Of a stretch of 32,000 bases of DNA, positions 17,089-25,861 are shown piece by piece. Position 1 is the first letter of the stretch; every line of letters starts with the position of its first letter. Made by a program: the position numbers and the translations under genes. Source of the stretch: Candidatus Saccharimonadota bacterium (lineage in GTDB: Bacteria > Patescibacteriota > Gracilibacteria > UBA1369 > 2-02-FULL-48-14); contig CP064962.1 in assembly GCA_016699145.1 (NCBI GenBank), forward strand, positions 90,001 through 122,000. The letters run 5' to 3'. The notes beneath the pieces were generated by a model. The model was not told where the DNA came from. It saw nothing but the letters and a program-made list of their open reading frames with translations, and ran no database searches.

Positions 17089-20000
17089 TCATTGGAGGAT
17101 TTTTTTGACTTCTTCTTGTAGCAAGGGATGCACATCCACTCCAAAAGGCACTTTGATGCGTTTTAACGTTTGCCCATTGGGAATGTGAATTTCCACCACC
17201 GTTTCACCCTTATTTTCTTCGAGCAGGGTTTTGAGTTTTTTCAAAAGCTCAGGCGAACTGCCTTCATTCAGCGAGACAATAAAAGGTTCATTTCTTATTT
17301 CTACAGGTGCGGCATTTTCCAAGCCCTCGGTGACTTCAGAAACTTCACTTTCTTCCACAGCATTTTCAGAACGAAGTGGAGGCACGCCAATGATGCGATC
17401 TTCGGCATCAAAAACCTGTTTTTCTTTCGCCGATTTGATCATGTTTTCAAGCGAAAGAGTTTTCAACGAATCCAAAATGAATTGAAAATCTTCCCCTCGT
17501 TTATCCAAACGCCCTTCCATGGTATAAACTCGTTCCTCAGCCAATTCTTGGCCAAAAGCGTCGTAAGCCCGAGGGAACAGCACAAACGGGACTCGCGCCG
17601 TGGGGTCTTCTATTTCCCCCATGGCCATGTATTTTCCGGCCTTGGTCATGATTTTTCGAACTTGTGTCACAAAACCGGTGAGCTGAATTTTTTTATCCAC
17701 CTCTTTTTCAGTTAAAGAACCGATGAGTTTGCCTTTGCTTTGGAAATAACGCTTCATTCCTTGCAAAGGATGGCCGCTCACATAAAGCCCCACAAAATCC
17801 TTTTCCCAACGGAAGCGTTGAGCACTGTCGGCAGGAGGCACCTCTCTCATATGCAAGGGCTCAATGGAGCTATCGTCCATCATACCAAAAATGTCGGTTT
17901 GCCCCTCGGCACTGGAGGCTTGGATATTTTTGGCATAAGTGTTAATTTCATCATAATTGGACGCCAGCTGAGCACGTTCGCCCAATTCATCCATAGCTCC
18001 CGAATAAGCCAAACATTCGATGGTCTTTTTATTCAAAATTTTTGCCGGAACTCGTCTCGCCAAGTCTTCCAAAGAGCTGAAAGGCCCTCCTTCCTCACGC
18101 ACACGAATGATCTCGTAAACAGGGCCATCGCCCATTCCTTTGATGGCCATCAGCCCAAAACGAATCGTTTTATCATCAATCACCGTGAAGTGAGCGCGCG
18201 ATTCATTGACGCTCGGGGGCAAAACTTCAATGCCCATGTTGCGACATTCTTCAATCTCAATCACGATGCGATCGGTGTTATCGGCATCAGAAGTCAATAA
18301 AGCTGCCATGAATTCAGCAGGGTAATGAGCCTTAAGATAAGCCGTTTGATAGGCAATGTAGGCGTAACACGCAGCGTGGGATTTATTGAATCCATAACCT
18401 GCAAAAGGCTCCACAACTTCATCGAAAATTTTCGATGCCAGTTTGGCTTCACGCCCTTGCGCCACAGCTCCTTGAATGAACTTTTCACGTTGAGCCACCA
18501 GTTCAGAAGCAATTTTCTTCCCAATGGCTCGGCGCAAAAGATCAGCTTCACCCAGTGAAAACCCGGCAAAAACCTTGGCGATTTCCAAAATCTGTTCCTG
18601 GTAAATAGCAATGCCATACGTTTCTTTCAACACAGCCTCTAAAGATTCGTGCAAATACGTCACTTTTTTCTTGCCGTGTTTGCCGTCAATATAGCTCGAA
18701 ATGAACTGCATGGGGCCGGGACGATACAGCGAAACCATGGCAATGATATCGGTGAATTCAGTAGGCTTGAGTTCACGCAAATAGCGCTTCATGCCCGCCG
18801 ATTCCATTTGAAACACTCCGGTGGTCTCCCCGCGTTGAAGCAACTCGTAAGCCTTTTTGTCATCCATGGGCAGGCCGGCCAAATCCACCGTCAATTCAGG
18901 TCTCGTTCGTTTTAAAACACCCAAAGTGGTTTGCAAAATAGTCAGATTGCTGAGCCCCAAAAAATCCATTTTAAGCAGGCCCAATTCTTCACAAGGTTTC
19001 ATGGAATACTGAGTCACTATTCCTTCTCCGTCGCCCGTGGCTTTTTGCAGGGGAGTGTAAAGGTCCAAAGGATCGCGAGAAATAATCACGGCACACGCAT
19101 GAGTCCCAACCTGTCGAATGGTGCCCTCCAATTTCACGGCTGTGTCCAAAATTTCTTTGGCATGTTCATCCTCTTTATAAAGTTTGGAAAGTTCAGGATC
19201 ATCGGTCAAAGACTCTTCTAAAGGGGCATATTTGCCTAAAATGGCCGGGGGAACCATTTTAGCCACACGATCCACCTCAGAATAACTGAAGCCGAGTGCC
19301 CGCCCTGCATCTCGAATGGCGGCCTTGGGAGCCAAGGTTCCAAAAGTGATGATTTGAGCGACATGATCTTCTCCATACTTTTCGGTAACATATTTCAAAA
19401 CTTCATCGCGTCGAAGGTCATCGAAATCCACGTCAATATCGGGCATGGAAATGCGTTCCGGATTCAAAAATCGTTCAAACAGCAATTTGTATTGAAGAGG
19501 ATCCAGTTCCGTAATTTTCAAACAATAAGAAATGATTGAACCTGCCGCCGATCCACGACCGGGTCCCACCACAATGCCATTTTCTTTGGCGTAACGAATG
19601 AAATCGTGCACGATCAAAAAATAAGCATCAAAACCCATTTTATGAATGGTTTCCAACTCAAAATCCAAACGCTCCAAAGCCCCTTCCGGGGGTGAATCTC
19701 CATAACGTTCCTTAAAGCCTTTTTCACAGAGTTGCCTCAAATAAGCTTCCGGGGTTTCTGAACCCGTATCGAAATAAGGAATCAAATGTTCTCCAAATTT
19801 AATGTCCACTGTGCACATTTCCGCGATTTTCAAAGTATTTTCATAAGCTTCCGGACAAAAACGAAAAGATTCCTTCATGTCTTCAGGTGAACGCATCGAA
19901 AAATTCCCATTGTAACGGAAGCGATGCTCATCCTTCACTGTCTTTTGATTTTGAATGCAGATGAGCACATCGTGAGCTTCGGCATCTTCAGGTTTTAAAT

Positions 20001-20619
20001 AGTGGCAATCATTGGCTGCCACCAAGGGAGCTCCCGTTTCCTTCGAGAGTTCGATCAATTTGCTGTTCACAATGCTCCAGTTGGCTATTTCAGGATGATG
20101 CTGCAATTCCAAATAAAAAAACTCTTTTCCAAAAATTTCCTGGTATTTTTTAATCTTTTCTCGAGCCACATCCATTTGATTCTCAAGAATGAGTTTAGGG
20201 ATCAATCCCCCCAAACTTCCCGTCAAAGCAATCAACCCTGAGCTGTATTTCTCCAAAACCTCTTCATCAATACGAGGTTTATAATAAAATCCCTCCAAAG
20301 CAGCCACACTGCACAATTTAAGCAGGTTTTGATAACCTTCGTTGTTCCTAGCCAAAAGCACCAAAGAAGAATAGCGATTTTCAGGGGTTTTAAGGTGACG
20401 TCCCAAAGGAGCCACATACGCTTCCACTCCTAAAATAGGCTTAATGCCTTCTGCTTTGGCTGCTTTATAAAATTCCAAAGCCCCATAAAAAACTCCACTG
20501 TCGGTAAGGGCCACAGCAGGGCTGCCTTGCTCCTTCGCCAATTTCACATAATCCTTAGGCTTCGCCAAACCTGTCAAAATGCTGTAATGCGTGTGATTGT
20601 GAAGATGAACGAAACTCAT
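17089..20619 (-). CDS. dnaE: DNA polymerase III alpha subunit
   Basis: 1176 aa with an N-terminal PHP domain (HLHNHTHYS), polymerase core, HhH and OB-fold. Normal length, so no intein-sized insertion. Confidence 0.97.
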   Translation of the reverse strand: MSFVHLHNHTHYSILTGLAKPKDYVKLAKEQGSPAVALTDSGVFYGALEFYKAAKAEGIKPILGVEAYVAPLGRHLKTPENRYSSLVLLARNNEGYQNLLKLCSVAALEGFYYKPRIDEEVLEKYSSGLIALTGSLGGLIPKLILENQMDVAREKIKKYQEIFGKEFFYLELQHHPEIANWSIVNSKLIELSKETGAPLVAANDCHYLKPEDAEAHDVLICIQNQKTVKDEHRFRYNGNFSMRSPEDMKESFRFCPEAYENTLKIAEMCTVDIKFGEHLIPYFDTGSETPEAYLRQLCEKGFKERYGDSPPEGALERLDFELETIHKMGFDAYFLIVHDFIRYAKENGIVVGPGRGSAAGSIISYCLKITELDPLQYKLLFERFLNPERISMPDIDVDFDDLRRDEVLKYVTEKYGEDHVAQIITFGTLAPKAAIRDAGRALGFSYSEVDRVAKMVPPAILGKYAPLEESLTDDPELSKLYKEDEHAKEILDTAVKLEGTIRQVGTHACAVIISRDPLDLYTPLQKATGDGEGIVTQYSMKPCEELGLLKMDFLGLSNLTILQTTLGVLKRTRPELTVDLAGLPMDDKKAYELLQRGETTGVFQMESAGMKRYLRELKPTEFTDIIAMVSLYRPGPMQFISSYIDGKHGKKKVTYLHESLEAVLKETYGIAIYQEQILEIAKVFAGFSLGEADLLRRAIGKKIASELVAQREKFIQGAVAQGREAKLASKIFDEVVEPFAGYGFNKSHAACYAYIAYQTAYLKAHYPAEFMAALLTSDADNTDRIVIEIEECRNMGIEVLPPSVNESRAHFTVIDDKTIRFGLMAIKGMGDGPVYEIIRVREEGGPFSSLEDLARRVPAKILNKKTIECLAYSGAMDELGERAQLASNYDEINTYAKNIQASSAEGQTDIFGMMDDSSIEPLHMREVPPADSAQRFRWEKDFVGLYVSGHPLQGMKRYFQSKGKLIGSLTEKEVDKKIQLTGFVTQVRKIMTKAGKYMAMGEIEDPTARVPFVLFPRAYDAFGQELAEERVYTMEGRLDKRGEDFQFILDSLKTLSLENMIKSAKEKQVFDAEDRIIGVPPLRSENAVEESEVSEVTEGLENAAPVEIRNEPFIVSLNEGSSPELLKKLKTLLEENKGETVVEIHIPNGQTLKRIKVPFGVDVHPLLQEEVKKILQ

Positions 20620-20912
20620 TATTCAGAGTGTAACACGCTTTCCATCCATGTTTGAATCGCTACGGAAAAATCAGAAACGAAGGGGATTTCCCCTAAAACT
20701 TGTTTAAGAATGAAACTCGCTAAGGATAAAAAAAGAGCAGTGCCGAATAAAATGCCCAGACCTTGAAAGGTTCCAGCTAAAAAATTCCTCCATGCAATAG
20801 ACAAAGGATGAGATAGATAACGGATGAAAAGAGAAAATTCTTTCTCCTTTTCTAAGTTGAAGTGAATATCGGCCACCGAAACAGAAGACTTTTTCTTACG
20901 GAAGAGAGGCAT
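20619..20912 (-). CDS. small hypothetical membrane protein (97 aa)
   Basis: The ATG at 20912 gives MPLFRKKKSS... with a Gly-rich hydrophobic segment FLAGTFQGLGILFGTALFLSLASFIL. Its stop overlaps the dnaE start (TAATG). The longer track ORF to 20954 would run into the tRNA gene. Confidence 0.5.
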   Translation of the reverse strand: MPLFRKKKSSVSVADIHFNLEKEKEFSLFIRYLSHPLSIAWRNFLAGTFQGLGILFGTALFLSLASFILKQVLGEIPFVSDFSVAIQTWMESVLHSE

Positions 20913-20924
20913 GGTTGTAGGGGT

Positions 20925-21008
20925 TGGTGCTCGGGGAGAGACTTGAACTCTCACACCCGAAGGTACTAGCTCCTAAGGCTAGCGCGTCTGCCATTTCGCC
21001 ACCCGAGC
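20925..21008 (-). tRNA. tRNA-Leu (anticodon UAG), class II, CCA encoded
   Basis: Folded by hand. Acceptor stem GCTCGGG/CCCGAGC, D arm GCG..CGC, anticodon stem CTAGC/GCTAG with loop CTTAGGA (UAG). There is a 13-nt variable arm, T arm GAGAG-TTCAAGT-CTCTC, discriminator A and a 3' CCA. Total 84 nt. Confidence 0.9.
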
Positions 21009-21016
21009 ACATGGGG

Positions 21017-21046
21017 ATTCTAAACGAGGAGAAAGTGTTGACGCAA
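21017..21046 (-). promoter_or_regulatory. sigma70-like promoter candidate for tRNA-Leu (TTGCGT-18-TAGAAT)
   Basis: On the minus strand, TTGCGT is at 21046-21041, followed by an 18-nt spacer and TAGAAT at 21022-21017. The mature tRNA 5' end (21008) lies 8 nt after the -10 element. Confidence 0.4.
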
Positions 21047-21049
21047 CTA

Positions 21050-21078
21050 TTGACAAAACCATTTTTTAGTCTTATGTT
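21050..21078 (+). promoter_or_regulatory. sigma70-like promoter candidate (TTGACA-17-TATGTT) facing the sigma-r4/HARE gene
   Basis: TTGACA at 21050-21055, a 17-nt spacer, and TATGTT at 21073-21078. It sits back to back with the tRNA promoter, their -35 elements 3 nt apart. Confidence 0.35.
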
Positions 21079-21199
21079 AAGCCCTTACTAGTTGGAAAAT
21101 CTGAAAAATGAAGGATAAATATTCTATTGACGTTTACAAAAAGGAACAATATCGTAGGAATACATAGTTCAGTTTTCCGGCCCACTTAACAGAAGAAAA

Positions 21200-22285
21200 A
21201 TGACCCATACGTCTAAGCTCGGTACCCCTATCCTCAAGCTCAATCTCAGTGAAATCATCGAAGATATCTTCATGGTACTCACCGATAAAGAAAAAAAAGT
21301 AGTGGTCCAACGATTTTCCTTAGACAATAAGGAGCGCCGCACCTTAGAAAGCATTGGACAAAGCTTTAACGTGACTCGAGAACGCGTGCGTCAGATCGAA
21401 AAAATTGCTCTTGGAAAACTGCGCCGCACCGTTACGAGCAGCAAACTGCATTACATTCATGAAGTGGCCGAAGCCATTTTGCGTGAAAATGGAGGCTTGC
21501 TTCTTGAGGACGAATTGGTAAAGAACATTCTCAATCTCATTGAAAAAACCGTGGATGTGGACGCTCAAATCGTGCGTTTGGCTTTGACCATCTGTCCTGG
21601 CATTCAATCCATCGAAAAAAACAATCTTTACCGTTTGTCTTGGCATTTGAACAGTATTCCCGAAAGTGCCGTTGCAGCCGTGAGCGAAGCCGCACACGAT
21701 GCCCTCAAACAACACAAAGATATTTTGAGCGCGGAAGAACTGCTCAGAGCCATGTCCAAGACCAAAGTCATTCAAGAATTCAAGCTCACCGACGAGTTTT
21801 TCTTGGCCGCACTTCGCATGGATGAACGCACCAAGAAAGTAGAAGAGGGTTACGGACTGGTGGTGTGGAGGCACATCAACCCAAAGAGCATCCGAGACAA
21901 AGCCCTCATTGTGCTTCGTCAGGAAGAAAAACCGTTGCATTTCGTGGACATCGCTAAAAAAATCACCGACAACCGTTTCGATTCCAAAAAAGTGACCGTG
22001 CAAGCCGTGCATAATGAATTGATCCGCTACCCTCAATTCGTCTTAGTAGGACGTGGACTCTATGCTCTTAAAGAATGGGGCTATGAAGATGGAACCGTGA
22101 CCGACATCATCGAAGCTTTGCTCGCAAAAAAGAGTCCTCTGAGCAAGCAAGACATCATCAAAGGCGTGCTCAAACAACGCCGTGTAAAAAAAGGAACCAT
22201 CTCTTTAAACCTGCAAAAGAACCCTCAATTCGCTCGTGTGGGTCGTGCCGTTTACAGTTTGGATCTTTCCAAGAAAAAGAAATAA
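21200..22285 (+). CDS. sigma-70 region 4-like HTH protein fused to tandem HARE-HTH-like winged-helix modules (not a complete sigma factor)
   Basis: 361 aa. Residues ~25-76 (LTDKEKKVVVQRFSL...RTLESIGQSFNVTRERVRQIEKIALGKLR) match sigma70 region 4. No region 2 is present. Residues 231-294 (...PLHFVDIAKKI...VGRGLYALKEWGY) and 299-354 (...ARVGRAVYSL) resemble HARE-HTH / RNAP delta N-terminal domains. Confidence 0.7.
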   Translation: MTHTSKLGTPILKLNLSEIIEDIFMVLTDKEKKVVVQRFSLDNKERRTLESIGQSFNVTRERVRQIEKIALGKLRRTVTSSKLHYIHEVAEAILRENGGLLLEDELVKNILNLIEKTVDVDAQIVRLALTICPGIQSIEKNNLYRLSWHLNSIPESAVAAVSEAAHDALKQHKDILSAEELLRAMSKTKVIQEFKLTDEFFLAALRMDERTKKVEEGYGLVVWRHINPKSIRDKALIVLRQEEKPLHFVDIAKKITDNRFDSKKVTVQAVHNELIRYPQFVLVGRGLYALKEWGYEDGTVTDIIEALLAKKSPLSKQDIIKGVLKQRRVKKGTISLNLQKNPQFARVGRAVYSLDLSKKKK

Positions 22286-22300
22286 TTTCCCGCCAACGCC

Positions 22301-22621
22301 ATGGCTGAAAAAACTCTCTTTCAAAAAATCATAGACAAAGAAATCCCTGCCGATTTTGTGTATGAAGACGATCTTTGCGTGGCCATCAAAGATCTTTACC
22401 CCAAGGCCCCGGTTCATTTTCTCATCATTCCTCGCAAATTCATTCCAAGCTTTGCTGAAGTCACTGAAGCCGATAAAGACCTGGTTTCACACCTCATGTT
22501 CGTGGGGCAAAAACTTGCTGAAGAGTACAAATGCGAAGGCTACCGCCTACAGTTCAATGTGGGTGAAAAAGGCGGACAAGTCATTTTTCACTTGCACCTC
22601 CACCTAATGGGGTGGCATTGA
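22301..22621 (+). CDS. HIT-family (histidine triad) nucleotide hydrolase
   Basis: 106 aa with the C-terminal histidine triad HLHLHLMG and the N-terminal CLFCKI-like region FQKIIDKEIPADFVYEDD. Confidence 0.85.
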   Translation: MAEKTLFQKIIDKEIPADFVYEDDLCVAIKDLYPKAPVHFLIIPRKFIPSFAEVTEADKDLVSHLMFVGQKLAEEYKCEGYRLQFNVGEKGGQVIFHLHLHLMGWH

Positions 22622-22639
22622 CCTCGAGCTTAACTCCAA

Positions 22640-23125
22640 CTAAGCAAAACGGTGCACCACCTTCAGCCAAATTTCTTTTAAAAGCTCATAACTGGCATGG
22701 GCCACCAGTTCAATTTGTCGAACGAGGCGGCGCAGTTCCGCAATGGCTTGACTGAGGAGGTCGTATTGCTTACTGCGGCGGAGCGTTCGGATTTCTTTTT
22801 CAACTTTGATTTTACGGGCCTCCAAAACCTTTTTCACTTCTTGACGCATGGCTGGCACTTTGGGGGCACTCGCTAAAAGCCGTTCTCGAAGCAAAAGTTT
22901 TTCATCCAAAAGCGCCCCTTTTTTCGTGGTTTTAGCAGACTGCTTGCTTTGAGAAGAAGAATCTCGTTTTTTTTCACTTTGACCGGAAGCCACTTCACTC
23001 ACGGATTCTCCGACACTGTCCACAGCTTCGGCTAAACCAGAATCTCCCTCCAGGACTCGAACCTGAACAGAAGAACCCTCGGGGACTTGCTCTTTAGTAT
23101 TGGAAAAATTGTTTTTGTGACTCAT
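22640..23125 (-). CDS. hypothetical protein (disordered Ser/Glu/Lys-rich N-terminus, helical C-terminus)
   Basis: A 161-aa ORF filling the gap between HIT and valS. No motif recognised. Confidence 0.5.
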   Translation of the reverse strand: MSHKNNFSNTKEQVPEGSSVQVRVLEGDSGLAEAVDSVGESVSEVASGQSEKKRDSSSQSKQSAKTTKKGALLDEKLLLRERLLASAPKVPAMRQEVKKVLEARKIKVEKEIRTLRRSKQYDLLSQAIAELRRLVRQIELVAHASYELLKEIWLKVVHRFA

Positions 23126-23189
23126 AATGCAATCCTAACATTATAACACTTTATCGTCTTTCTTTAAAGGTTAATAAACTTTCGTTGCC

Positions 23190-25823
23190 ATGCAAGAACT
23201 TGCTAAAACTTTCAACTCCAAAGAGTTTGAGGAACGTCTCTACAAAAAATGGGAAGAATCCGGGGCTTTTCAACCGGACTCCGATCCTCAAAAGCCCGCC
23301 TACGCCCTCATGATGCCGCCCCCCAATGCCACCGGCACTCTGCACTTGGGGCATGCAACCATGCTGGCCATTGAGGATATTTTGGTCCGCTACCACCGAA
23401 TGAAAGGCCACGCGACGCTTTATTTGCCCGGCACCGACCATGCAGCCATTGCCACCGAAAGCGTGGTGATTAAAAAATTACAAGAAGAAGGAATGAAGAA
23501 TCCGCGCGAAACCTTAGGACGCGAAGGGCTTTTAAATGAGATCAAAGTTTTTGTTGAAAACAGCAAAGCCACCATCCGTAATCAGGTTCGAAAAATGGGC
23601 ACCAGCTGCGACTGGTCTCGCGAGCGTTACACCTTCAGTGATGACATGAATCACGCGGTGAATACACTTTTTAAAATGATGTATGACGACGGACTCATCT
23701 ATCGTGGAGATCGCATTGTGAATTGGGACCCCAAAATGCAAACCACCGTAGCCGACGACGAACTCGAATACATGGAAGAGAAATCCCCATTTTACATCTT
23801 TAAATACGGCCCTTTCGAGATTGGGACTTCTCGTCCCGAAACCAAATTTGGCGATAAGGTGGTGGTGATGCACCCCGAGGACCCGCGTTATGCAAAATAC
23901 AAGCATGGAGAAGTGATTGGACCTTTTGAGTGGATCAATGGACCTTCGACCGCCACTGTGATCAAAGACGAAGCCATCGACATGGAATTTGGTACCGGAG
24001 TCATGACCATCACCCCCTGGCACGACATGACGGACTTCGAAATTGCCGAACGCCATAAACTTGAAAAAATCCAAGTCATCGACGAACACGGGCGACTTTT
24101 GCCCATTGCGGGTGAATTTGCAGGCATGAAAATCCAAGAAGCTCGCGGAAAAATTGTAGAAAAACTCGCCGAAAAAGGATTGCTTTTGAAAACGGACGAA
24201 AATTACGTCCACAACGTGGCCGTCAGCTACCGTGGAAAAGGAAAAGTGGAGCCTCAAATCATGAAACAATGGTTCGTGGACGTGAACAAAGCCGTCATCG
24301 ATTGGAAAGGGAAAATGAGCAGCATCAAAGAGGTGCTTCAAGATGTAGTCCACAGCGGCATGATCCGCATCGTGCCCGATCGTTTCGACAAAATCTACTT
24401 CCACTGGATCAACAATTTGCGCGATTGGTGCATCTCTCGCCAAATCTGGTGGGGCCACCGCATTCCGGTGTGGTACAAAAACGAACAAGTGCAAGTGAGC
24501 GAAAACTCGCCCGGCGAAGGCTGGATCCAAGACGAAGACACCCTCGATACCTGGTACAGCTCCGGACTTTGGACTTTTTCAACCTTAGGTTGGCCTGAAA
24601 AAACGCCCGACTTACTGCGCTTCACACCCTCCAACGTACTGGAGACGGGCTACGACATTTTGTTTTTTTGGGTGGCTCGCATGATTTTACAATCCACTTA
24701 CGCCCTTCGCAAAACTGGCTTTTCAGAAGAAAAATCCCTTCCTTTTAAAGACGTGTACTTGCACGGCCTCATCCGCGACATTCGTGGAAAAAAGATGAGC
24801 AAATCCCATCCCGAAACCTGCATCGATCCACTGGATATGATCGAAAAATACGGCACCGACGCCATTCGCCTTAGCCTGGTGATTGGGGGAACACCGGGCA
24901 ACGACATGCGTCTTTATGAAGAGAAAATTTCAGGATTCCGCAACTTTGTGAACAAAATTTGGAACGGCGCTCGCTTTGTGCTTTTAAACCTCGACCCTTC
25001 CGCCAGTACTGACCTCGATCCTTCCACTTTCAGCCGTGCGGACAAATGGATTTTAACGCGACTCAACGAAATCATTGAAAAAGCCAGCAAGGAACTCGAG
25101 ACCTATCAATTTTCGGAAGCAGGCATGAGCGTCTATGACTTTTTTTGGGGAGAATACTGCGACTGGTATGTGGAAATGAGCAAGGTCAATAAAAATCCAG
25201 CGGTGCTCAAACACGTGCTCCAAAACACACTTAAACTTTTGCACCCCTTCATGCCCTTTGTAACCGAAGCCGTTTGGGAACAATTGGAGCCCAAAGAATT
25301 GCTCATCACTTCTGAGTGGCCACGCCCCAATCCAATGTGGAATTTTGCAGAAGAAACAGCCGAAGTTCAGCGCGTGATGGAACTGGTTTCCTCCATCCGC
25401 TCCTTGCGAGCCGAAGCCAACGTGGATGCCACAAAAAAAATCCACGCTATTGTTTACGCCCACGAAGATCTTCAGCTCATGCAAGACAAAGCAGACATCA
25501 TCAAACGCCTCGGCAACTTGGGGGAGCTCGAACTCAGCGAAACCGGTCCCAAGCCAGAAAAAGCCTTGGCGGCCTTTGTAGGAGACATTGAAATTTTTCT
25601 ACCCCTTGCCGATCTCCTCGACTTTGAACAGGAGCAAAAACGCATCACCAAAGAGATTCAGGAACTAGAACGCTATATTGAAAACATTGAGCGGAAACTC
25701 GAAAACCCCGGCTTCGTTCAAAATGCTCCTCAAGAAATTTTAACGAAAGAAAAAGAAAAGTTGAATGAAAGCAAAAATCGACTGGAAAAACACCAAACCC
25801 AACTCAAAACTTTGACGAAATGA
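23190..25823 (+). CDS. valS: valine--tRNA ligase
   Basis: 877 aa with HIGH-type motif PPPNATGTLHLGHA, KMSKS, an editing domain and a C-terminal coiled coil. Confidence 0.97.
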   Translation: MQELAKTFNSKEFEERLYKKWEESGAFQPDSDPQKPAYALMMPPPNATGTLHLGHATMLAIEDILVRYHRMKGHATLYLPGTDHAAIATESVVIKKLQEEGMKNPRETLGREGLLNEIKVFVENSKATIRNQVRKMGTSCDWSRERYTFSDDMNHAVNTLFKMMYDDGLIYRGDRIVNWDPKMQTTVADDELEYMEEKSPFYIFKYGPFEIGTSRPETKFGDKVVVMHPEDPRYAKYKHGEVIGPFEWINGPSTATVIKDEAIDMEFGTGVMTITPWHDMTDFEIAERHKLEKIQVIDEHGRLLPIAGEFAGMKIQEARGKIVEKLAEKGLLLKTDENYVHNVAVSYRGKGKVEPQIMKQWFVDVNKAVIDWKGKMSSIKEVLQDVVHSGMIRIVPDRFDKIYFHWINNLRDWCISRQIWWGHRIPVWYKNEQVQVSENSPGEGWIQDEDTLDTWYSSGLWTFSTLGWPEKTPDLLRFTPSNVLETGYDILFFWVARMILQSTYALRKTGFSEEKSLPFKDVYLHGLIRDIRGKKMSKSHPETCIDPLDMIEKYGTDAIRLSLVIGGTPGNDMRLYEEKISGFRNFVNKIWNGARFVLLNLDPSASTDLDPSTFSRADKWILTRLNEIIEKASKELETYQFSEAGMSVYDFFWGEYCDWYVEMSKVNKNPAVLKHVLQNTLKLLHPFMPFVTEAVWEQLEPKELLITSEWPRPNPMWNFAEETAEVQRVMELVSSIRSLRAEANVDATKKIHAIVYAHEDLQLMQDKADIIKRLGNLGELELSETGPKPEKALAAFVGDIEIFLPLADLLDFEQEQKRITKEIQELERYIENIERKLENPGFVQNAPQEILTKEKEKLNESKNRLEKHQTQLKTLTK

Positions 25824-25861
25824 GCTGAAGTGCTAAATTGAACTCTTATAATCAATCGCAT

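Noticed and set aside
17071-17104. Inverted repeat AAAAATCCAAT-N9-ATTGG(agg)ATTTTT spanning the dnaE stop codon, considered as the dnaE terminator.
   Set aside because: The stem is AT-rich with a 3-nt bulge, and the U-run is part of the stem rather than following it. The same bases form the proposed aspS -35 element. A weak terminator function cannot be excluded, but it is not supported well enough to annotate.
20913-20954. N-terminal extensions offered by the ORF track: 20913-20954, 17026-17031 (aspS), 3695-3712 (pgi), 4338-4370 (tal), 4346-4414 (LOG), 25838-25861 and 6987-6998 (ABC).
   Set aside because: Several start on TTG where checked by hand (aspS, pgi, 25838, ABC). Others overlap a tRNA (20913-20954) or cross the neighbouring gene's start region (4338-4370, 4346-4414). 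Internal ATGs give canonical family N-termini such as MYRTHTCGELR and MKLFLDTANL.
23532-24530. A 332-aa ORF antisense to valS. Similar long antisense ORFs occur at 5198..5818 and 5990..6775 (opposite typA), 21344..22036 (opposite the sigma-r4 gene), and 734..1330 (opposite tkt).
   Set aside because: All lie codon-aligned opposite strongly supported conserved genes. Their translations have the typical antisense composition (F/H/V/D/G-rich) and no recognisable motifs. They are explained by the sense strand avoiding TTA/CTA/TCA codons.
17089-25823. Inteins, insertions or domain losses in the large housekeeping genes dnaE, valS and aspS.
   Set aside because: Lengths (1176, 877 and ~588 aa) and motif order are normal for bacterial orthologues. 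No Cys/Ser...HN intein boundaries or extra blocks were noticed.
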